DNA of 22,356 nt from Proteromonas lacertae. Taxonomy: Eukaryota. This document shows, in pieces, positions 1 through 8,000 of this stretch (its first letter is position 1; each line of letters begins with the position of its first letter). Made by a program: the position numbers and the translations under genes. Where the stretch lies: assembly GCA_002245135.1 (NCBI GenBank), contig NGBS01000299.1, positions 186,001-208,356 of the forward strand, read 5' to 3'. The notes beneath the pieces are model-generated. The model was given only the letters and a program-made list of their open reading frames with translations, made no database searches and was not told the origin of the DNA.

Positions 1-1700
1 CAAGTATAGTATCTGATGAAAATAATTTATATACCATGACAATGAAGAATGAAATATATCACAATATATATGTTTCTGAGAATATGGAAATTACATACAC
101 TGCAATGAAGTTTTGGAAAGAGATGAGTTTAACGGCAATGAGTAGAAATGGTGGAGTTATTCCAAATCAAGAATATATGCGTATGTTATCTAAAGAAATA
201 TTGTCACAGTCACCATCATGTTCTGTTAGTTTAAAGAGATCAAATTTTATAACAAATTGTCCTTATATATTACAAGTAACTGAAGATGGTAAAGCAATTC
301 AAGTATATCCTACATCTGGTGAACAAGTGATGATTGATCCAAAACCATATGTGAATGATGAAGATACAAAAGAAAAGTGTTCATTTGGTAAACTAGAATC
401 TATATATGATTATCCTTATGGTGTTGTTTTAACAATAAGGATTATTTATTACATTTTAATGGCAGTGATATTGTTACTGATAATATTTATAAAGAAATAT
501 GATACTACAAGAATTATTAGATTATCATCTCCTCCATTTTTATACAGTATATTAGCTGGATTGTTGTTTTTATCAACAACTTCGTTATTCTTTACATTTA
601 GGCCAAAAGATCAACCATGGGTATGTGATGCGAGAGTATGGTGCTTATCTTTGTCAATTTGTATTGTGTTTGGTATTTTACTAACAAAAGCGTGGAGAAT
701 TCACAAGTTATTCAACAATCAACAATTGAAGAAAGTTACTATATCAAATACACAATTGTTTAGAATGGTAGGAATAATTGTAGTTGTTCAATGTGTTTAT
801 ATAATGATATGGTGGCTTGTTGATCCATCTCATGAAACTTACAACATTAATGATGGCTATTCATCATATTGGGAAGATGTGTATATATCAGAATGTACTG
901 AATCATATCCCTTTATAGTGATAGAATTATTACTGATGATTGCATTCATGTGTTGGGGTGCTCATCTTGCATGGAAAGTAAGAAGAGCAAGTGAAGAATT
1001 TAATGAGTCAATTTCATTAGCATTTACTGTTATTGGTATTTTATTCATTGGTTTTATATGTATAATACTGAATTTTATGCTTGAATCTGAACCACCAACT
1101 TTAATGATTATTAGAGGTATAGGTATTGAATTAGGTGTTGTGATTATTATATTCTTCCAGTTTATAACTAAAATGATCAATGTTTATGCTGAAATATATG
1201 GTGACAGTACTACTTTTGTTAATGGATCAACTGAACTTTCATCAAGAGCATCTAAAAAGATAAAGAAATCAATAATTCAATCAACAAGATATAGTAAAAC
1301 TGTTTCAAGAGATGTAAAAATATTCTGTGTTAATCCATATAAATCAACTGATTATAAAGATCTAGCAACTTCCATGTTACCATATATTAAGTATCTAGAT
1401 CCTGATTTAATGAAAGTAGGAGATGCAGATATTGATGATAAAATGGAGATATTTGATCCAAGAAGTTCTTTAGGAGGTTATCATAAATCTTTAGTTAGAG
1501 TTTCCTGCTTGAATCCTACTCCTAGTAATACAGCTCCTATAAATCTTAATACTAGTCGTAAAGATAATAATGCTAGTAATATTACAATTCCTAATAGTAA
1601 TGCTACAAGTGTATCAAACCTTAATCGAACTTGTCCTTCAACCATATCTTTGAAATTAGTTCCTGTTCCTGAATTAGATTTTGAGGAGATGAAAAAGTAG
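1..1700 (+). CDS. Class C G-protein-coupled receptor (7tm_3 domain, GABA-B/Dictyostelium Grl-like), 5'-truncated by the window edge
   Basis: The frame is open from base 3 (SIVSDENNLYTM...) to TAG at 1698-1700, so the true start lies upstream. Seven hydrophobic segments carry class C hallmarks: 'IIRLSSPPFLYSILAG' (ICL1/TM2), 'C..RVWCLSL...VFGILLTKAWRIHKLF' (TM3), an ECL2 Cys and 'KVR....EFNES..LAF' (ICL3/TM6). A Ser/Asn-rich cytosolic tail follows. Confidence 0.88.
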   Translation, partial: SIVSDENNLYTMTMKNEIYHNIYVSENMEITYTAMKFWKEMSLTAMSRNGGVIPNQEYMRMLSKEILSQSPSCSVSLKRSNFITNCPYILQVTEDGKAIQVYPTSGEQVMIDPKPYVNDEDTKEKCSFGKLESIYDYPYGVVLTIRIIYYILMAVILLLIIFIKKYDTTRIIRLSSPPFLYSILAGLLFLSTTSLFFTFRPKDQPWVCDARVWCLSLSICIVFGILLTKAWRIHKLFNNQQLKKVTISNTQLFRMVGIIVVVQCVYIMIWWLVDPSHETYNINDGYSSYWEDVYISECTESYPFIVIELLLMIAFMCWGAHLAWKVRRASEEFNESISLAFTVIGILFIGFICIILNFMLESEPPTLMIIRGIGIELGVVIIIFFQFITKMINVYAEIYGDSTTFVNGSTELSSRASKKIKKSIIQSTRYSKTVSRDVKIFCVNPYKSTDYKDLATSMLPYIKYLDPDLMKVGDADIDDKMEIFDPRSSLGGYHKSLVRVSCLNPTPSNTAPINLNTSRKDNNASNITIPNSNATSVSNLNRTCPSTISLKLVPVPELDFEEMKK

Positions 1701-1836
1701 GGAGATATAACCTAATATTATATATTATTTTGATTATTAATGTTTTTTTTAAATTTAGGGTGTTTCAAAATTTTTATTCTCCCTACTCCACACCCCACTT
1801 AAAAGGCGGGATATTTCTTTCTTTTTTATAATTGTA

Positions 1837-4394
1837 ATGAGAATTGTCTTAAGCTTGTTTATTCGTATATTAATTACAGTAACACTCATTATATTTTTTA
1901 GTCTCTCTTTGTGTTTTTACACTTGTAAAAGCTCAAGAAAATGCAAATGGCAACAAAAAAGAAGGAAATGAAGCCAACAATAATTCAAATGGACAACAGC
2001 AGCAACAAGAAGCACAAAGTCAGCAACAAGGACAGCAACAAGGACAACAACAAGATAATAATAATGGAGGAAATAATGGAGTTAATAATGGTGGAAATGG
2101 CGGAAGAAATAATCAAATTAACAACAATGGAGGTAACAACCAAGGTAACAACAATGGAGGAAATAATGGAGTTAATAATGGAGTTAATAATGGAGGAAAT
2201 AATCAAGGGTAACAATAGTAGTAATGGAGGTAACAACAATGGAGGAAATAATAATGGTCAAGAGAATAACCAAAATAATAACAATCAAAATAGCAATAAT
2301 CAAAATAACAACCAAAACAATCAAGCAACACCAGCTGCAACTCCAAAACCAACAACAGTTGCTCCAGGAGGTGATAGTAAAACCACCACAACAACAATTC
2401 CTCCAACAGGTTCAATGAAACCAACAACAGTTGCTCCAGGAGGTGATAGTAAAACCACAACAACAACAATTCCTCCAACAGGTTCACCAAAACCAACAAC
2501 AGTTGCTCCAGGAGGTGATAGTAAAACCACAACTACAACAATTCCACCAAAACCATCAAAAGTTGCTCCAGGAGGTGATAGTAAAACCACAACTACAACA
2601 ATTCCTCCAACAGGTTCACCAAAACCAACAACAGTTGCTCCAGGAGGTGATAGTAAAACCACAACTACAACAATTCCACCAAAACCATCAAAAGTTGCTC
2701 CAGGAGGTGATAGTAAAACCACAACTACAACAATTCCTCCAACAGGTTCACCAAAACCAACAACAGTTGCTCCAGGAGGTGATAGTAAAACCACAACTAC
2801 AACAATTCCACCAAAACCATCAACAGTTGCTCCAGGAGGTGATAGTAAAACCACAACTACAACAATTCCTCCAACAGGTTCACCAAAACCAACAACAGTT
2901 GCTCCAGGAGGTGATAGTAAAACTACAACTACAACAATTCCACCAAAACCATCAACAGTTGCTCCAGGAGGTGATAGTAAAACCACAACTACAACAATTC
3001 CACCAAAACCAACAACAGTTGCTCCAGGAGGTGAAGTAAAACCATCAACACCAGCTCCAACAGGTGGAGTAGCAGCAGGTACATCAAAACCAACAACAGC
3101 AGTACCAAAAAAAGATGATGATGATAATAAAGATGACGATGATGATGGAGGTAATGCTGATGCAAATAAAGAAAAATATGACATTAAAGGTCTTAAAGCT
3201 CATTTTATAAGTAATACAACATTAGATGTAGAAATAGAAGTTCCATCAGCATGTAAAGTGAAATGTTCATACTTCCAAGCATCTCAAACAGAATCATCAT
3301 TAACAGAAGATTCATTTGAAGGAGTTACTCAGTTTAAAGTAGAACAAGCTGGAACAGGTAAAACAACAATTACATTTACAAAAATAAACGATTATCGTTA
3401 TACTCAGGTTGGTTGTTATGCTTTTACTGATAAAGCAAATGGATTTAAATTAGTCACTTTTGAAATGAGTATTTGTTTATTTTTTTATATATTTTTATGT
3501 AAATAGGAAATACTGTAACAATTGAAACACTGCCAAAGAATGCTAAAACATTGAATGTATTACCAGTAAACTTAAAATGTACTGAACATGTGACTGGTTA
3601 TTGTTTACCATCATTAGCTAATACACTAACTTTGAATGATTTAAAGTCCAAAGGAACAGCCTTCGATTGTTCATCCACAGCTCAATTATCATTTACTATT
3701 ACACCATGTAAAGATTATTTTATTTATTGTTTTGGAACTAATGCTAATGATAATACTCCATCTCAAGTTACTGGTGATAGTAGATTAAGATCTTGTGATT
3801 ATGTACCTCCAGCAAAAGGATATAGTAAGGCAGAAATGATATTATATGTAGTTGTTATATCTGTTATTATTATGGGAGGAATTATTGCTTATAAGTATAT
3901 ATATATATATATTACTCTTTTTCACTCTTTTATATATTAATATAATATTAATAATATATTGAATGTGAATAATTCATTCTTGATACTCTATTTTTGTTCT
4001 ATTTATAGATTTTCTAGGCAAATGTTCATGCAAGGAGAGTATTTATTATATATTATTATATGTTTTATTATATAGTGATCAATCATTCTTAAGATCTATA
4101 GAAGAAGAAGAAAATCAACCATTTAATCAAGTATTACATTATTTTAAATTATTATTATTATTATTATAGACATCAGTAGGTCAATCTAATTTGAATACTT
4201 ACAATCCACCACCACCACCATCAAATATCAATTTACCTCGTAAACAACAAACAGTAATTAATATTGATGGAGAAAAAAGACCAATGAGAAAAGCTAAAGC
4301 AAAGAAACCAGTTGTTGATGAAAATGCTGATTACTTTGCAGAGTTAGGTATGGAAAGTAATCCTGTATCTAAGAAGAGTAGAAGAGGCAAATAG
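1837..4394 (+). CDS. Mucin-like type-I membrane/surface glycoprotein (~763 aa): signal peptide, N/G/Q-rich region, Thr/Pro tandem repeats, Cys-containing ectodomain, one TM helix, cytosolic tail; contains a +1 frame disruption
   Basis: Hand-spliced exons: 1837-1864, 1902-3468, 3507-3894, 4009-4038, 4076-4130, 4170-4394. GT-AG introns are 37, 38, 114, 37 and 39 nt. Exons 1+2 give MRIVLSLFILSLCVFTLVKA-QENANG (signal peptide). That frame hits TAA at 2210-2212 and continues in +1 (extra G in GGG 2207-2209). TM helix: 'MILYVVVISVIIMGGIIAY'. The model joins ORFs 1941..3506, 3551..3940 and 4191..4394. Confidence 0.82.
2346..3032 (+). repeat. Coding minisatellite: 10 complete units of 72 nt (L) or 60 nt (S) plus a partial unit, order L-L-S-L-S-L-S-L-S-S
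   Basis: Each unit encodes KP(T/S)(T/K)VAPGGDSKTTTTTIPP with or without TGSP/TGSM. The DNA core gttgctccaggaggtgatagtaaaac is repeated almost identically. Confidence 0.95.
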
Positions 4395-4495
4395 ATTATT
4401 TTGACCATTTAGAATTTTACAAGATAGTATTTGTGTATTTGTAGGGGAATGATTTAATTTAGGATAAAACAATAGAAATAAATATAAAATACTAG

Positions 4496-4949
4496 TTAAG
4501 TTAAATGACAACTTTCACCAATATAGGCATTACAGTAACTACATTTATGTATATATGAACCAGTGCATGGACACCATAAAAACAAAAAATTAAACGGAAA
4601 AATGCAAATACACATACATAGCAGCCATTTGCTTTATTAAGATTACTAATTGCGTTTTTAAACGTTTAAAAAAAAGATATGATATAAATGTTCTTCTAAA
4701 TTCTGGATTAGTAGTAGTCACTCTACCACAACTAGTACAAACTACTGTTTTAGGTCTATAGTATATTCTTGAAATTAATACTCTGATGAAAAATTATATT
4801 CTCTAAGTGCATTTTTGGGGAATTTTTTACTAGGAATGGCTGTAAGAGGATCGTCTGAAGTATAGTTAAATTCTTCATTCACAAGTGGTTCTATTTATCA
4901 CACGAAAACATATACCGAGTTCATCACAATGTGAATTATTCCCTTTCAT
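4496..4949 (-). CDS. LITAF-domain (zf-LITAF-like) membrane-associated zinc-ribbon protein, ~117 aa; not in the ORF track
   Basis: Minus-strand exons: 4949-4916, 4890-4782, 4755-4681, 4631-4496 (354 nt). Translation: MKGNNSHCDELEPLVNEEFNYTSDDPLTAIPSKKFPKNALREYNFSSEPKTVVCTSCGRVTTTNPEFRRTFISKWLLCMCICIFPFNFLFLWCPCTGSYIHKCSYCNAYIGESCHLT*. The CxxC / hydrophobic Cys-rich stretch / HxCxxC...IG layout is the LITAF signature. Introns 1-2 are GT-AG (25 and 26 nt); intron 3 is non-canonical. Confidence 0.85.
4632..4680 (-). other. Candidate U12-type (minor spliceosomal) intron with an AT 5' end (AT-AG, 49 nt; or AT-AA, 52 nt, ending at 4629)
   Basis: The minus strand reads TC|ATATCTTTTTTTTAAACGTTTAAAAACGCAATTAGTAATCTTAATAAAG|CAAATGG. 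The 5' site ATATCTTT resembles the U12 consensus ATATCCTT, and TCTTAAT resembles the U12 branch site CCTTAAC. Removal restores the LITAF frame; none of the nearby GT-AG pairs I tested does. Confidence 0.65.
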
Positions 4950-5067
4950 GTGTTTAATTTTACGTTATTACTACTATAAACACGTCTAAATTTTTGTTTA
5001 TTTTGGTTAACCAATTTTTTCATTGAGAATATCATAAACCCAATTTTTTATTTTTTATTAGAATTTT
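4950..5067. promoter_or_regulatory. Putative compact bidirectional promoter between the divergent LITAF and giant ARM genes
   Basis: 118 bp separate the head-to-head ATGs (4949 minus, 5068 plus). The interval contains the palindrome TTGGTTAACCAA (5003-5014) and CCAAT at 5011-5015 and 5040-5044. Confidence 0.4.
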
Positions 5068-8000
5068 ATGCCTACTTACCTTTTACCTGCAAAACCTACA
5101 ACTGAAGATATTGTTCGAATATGTACAAATATCTAAGTTATTTTCTAGGCGATAACCTTAAATCACACTTATCTCATAAAAAGGCTTTAGAAAGTTTATT
5201 TCAAAGTTTTTTAATATACTTAGTTTCGCCTTTAGTTGATTTAGGTATAATAATCCTTTTATTCGTAGATTACATTTCTGATAAATTCGCTAATGATGGA
5301 TTATTTGAAGTATTACTTGATTGTCTTGAAAAACATGGCTCTGAGAAAAGGTTGTTTTGTGTTATAACAAAATGTTTATCAAAATGTCTTCAAACAGGTA
5401 TAAATGGTATTATGGTGATGTTTTCATAGAGATGTCACGAATAAGATTAGCAAGAGCTAATGGAATGAGAGTTTTATTTCAGTTATTAACAAATCCTAGT
5501 TTAAGTGAAGAAAACAGTTCTGCATATGATATAGTGTATTTATTAACACAATCGGAAGTTGCTACGCAAATTGTATTTACTAGTGGAGCATTATCTTCAA
5601 TTATGTATTTATTACAAGAGAATATATTGATATTTAAAATATTGGAGTGTTTTACTAAATATAGTATAAATGAATTTATAATTGTTTTTTTAATAGAATA
5701 TGCACAAAAGGAACTAGCAGCATTAGAAGCAGTTCCGAAGATCACTAAAATATTAGAATCAGCCTGTTATAAAGAAGAAAAGAGTGAATTATTTGATAGA
5801 ATTATCAGTGTATTAAAAGACTTGTCCAATAACACAAAGAATTTGGAAATGTTGAAGAATAATTCAAGTTTTCTTGATTTACTAATACAATCATCAAAAT
5901 TTGGAATTAATGAAGATGAATTATTAGAAAATGAAGGAGTTATAATGAATCTATTAGTAGCTGATTCTGATGAAATATACAAAAGCTCTGTAGCTTCACA
6001 TTCACCTCACAACAAAACAGATTCTAATTCAAAGTACCAATCGTTATATATATTGATGTTATTATCATTTGATAGTATTTTTATATATTTGTTATTTTAT
6101 TTACCAAAATAGATGAATATGCAACTCAAATGGTTTTTAACAATGATGTGATTGGATTTTTGTCGTTTTATATGTCAGAAAATAAATTCACTCCATCGAA
6201 TCAAATTGAGAAAGGATTTCCTGTTTTAAGTAGAAGAATTATTAGAAATATTACCAGTTTTGGTATATAAAAATAAATATTATTATTATATAATAGGTGA
6301 TACAATTGATGTATTAATATCTGCATATCCAAATTTAATAAGATCAATAATATCATGGATTCCAAAGCAATTGAACAGTAATTTAATTACAGATGGTTTA
6401 CATATTATTAAGAATGTATTGAATCATACTGATATTAGGAATGATTGTATATATATATATATTATTATTATTATCTAAATATAGGCTATAGTTTATTCTT
6501 CAATATTTTGACAAGAGTAAATGCAAGTTCTTTGGAGATTATTTTGGAATGTATCAAAATATCAATTGCCAATAATAATCCAATCATCGTAGAATATAAA
6601 AATAGACAAGCACCAGAGTTATTCGTTATGTTAATTAACAAATATGATGAGAAAATAGTGGTATTATTGTTAGATTTATTAGAACAAATGAAATTAAAAG
6701 TAGATGGACCAAGATCCTTTAAGACTGCATTTGAGCATTTAATTCAATCATTGAGAGATGTGAAAAATAAAGAAACTGCTTTAAGAATAACTAGAATTAT
6801 TAATCAAATAATAAAACAATTTTGTCAAGAAAATGGAGATACAAGTGTAATAAAGAAAAATGCAATTAGAAATTTTATCTCATTAAGTTCAAAATTTGTA
6901 TGTGAATCTGATGAATATAAACAATTGGCTTGTGATATAGTGTCCGTTAAATTGGATAATGAATTCTTAGATGAAACAACTCAACATTTTGAGAAATTGA
7001 TATTACAAAATATTCCAATATTATCTGTTGAAGATTGTTATAAATATGTATATGATTTAATTGTGTATAACTCACTGTTTATTTATGACAATTATATGGA
7101 TTATTTCAAAGAACAGAACTTTGTTAGTAATATCAACAAACTTCTGAATCAAATATATAGAAATGAATCATTAGTTGATTATCATTTATTATTCTTCATA
7201 TTTGATATATTAAATATAAGAAAGAATATCTCAAGTTCTGATTTAGAATTCTTTGTTACTGCTACAGCTGAGAATATTGTGTTATTAGTAACAAGATATA
7301 GTGACTTCTTACCATTTTGTGAAAGAATAATGATATTTTATAACTATCTGTTTAAATCCGCCAATTTAAGATCACATGTCAATGAAAATGATTTAGTATT
7401 GTCATTTTGTAAGATATTAAAGAGTAATAAATCAAACTATGACAAAATTATTTCACCACTGTTTAAAGTGATTATTGAATTATGTAACTCAAGTGATACT
7501 GTTAGCAGAGCATGGCTGAATACTGGATTGAAAGAAATAAATATATTCTTAAAGTCATTTGCATTTCCAGATCAATCATTATTATTCAATAAAATAACGA
7601 AACAAGTGTTTTCATTACTACAAGTAGTATTAGAAAAGAACAAAAATACTAAGAATAAGAATGACGTTATTCTCCCTATATTATCAATATGTTCAAATTC
7701 ATTTTATAATGATATTACTGTTAATAGTAAATGTTCATCAATTCTATCTAAAGTATTATCAAATGAATTATTGAATGATGCTACAGTAAAGTTAAGAACA
7801 GCATTGAAAGGAGGAATGTCTTTATCTCAACGTTATGATTATAAATTATTACCTTATTTTGAGTTAATCTCACTATCTCCATTATTAAGTGAATTACATT
7901 CACAATTTAATAAATCAAGAACAATAGAAATGATTAAAATGCATGTTAACGATATATTAAGTAGTAATGAAGTATTTGAAAATCAAATATTATTATTGTC

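Noticed and set aside
1754..1760. TTTAGGG telomere-like heptamer
   Set aside because: Single copy, expected by chance.
1941..2206. N-terminal 'MQMATKK...MEEIMELIMELIM' part of ORF 1941..3506
   Set aside because: Shadow frame of the N/G/Q-rich repeat. The signal-peptide-bearing frame starts at ATG 1837.
2346..3032. Regularly spaced direct repeats resembling a CRISPR array
   Set aside because: The units are contiguous, in frame and protein-coding, with no unique spacers and no cas genes, in a eukaryotic context.
2203..3184. Long antisense and alternative-frame ORFs over the repeat (2321..3184 -, 2431..3039 +, 2203..2532 -, 2224..2418 +)
   Set aside because: They stay open only because the 3n-length repeat units lack stops in those frames. 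There is no independent coding signal.
3896..6473. (TA)n and (ATT)n microsatellites at ~3896-3911, ~4148-4167 and ~6448-6473
   Set aside because: Simple repeats inside introns, ordinary for an AT-rich genome.
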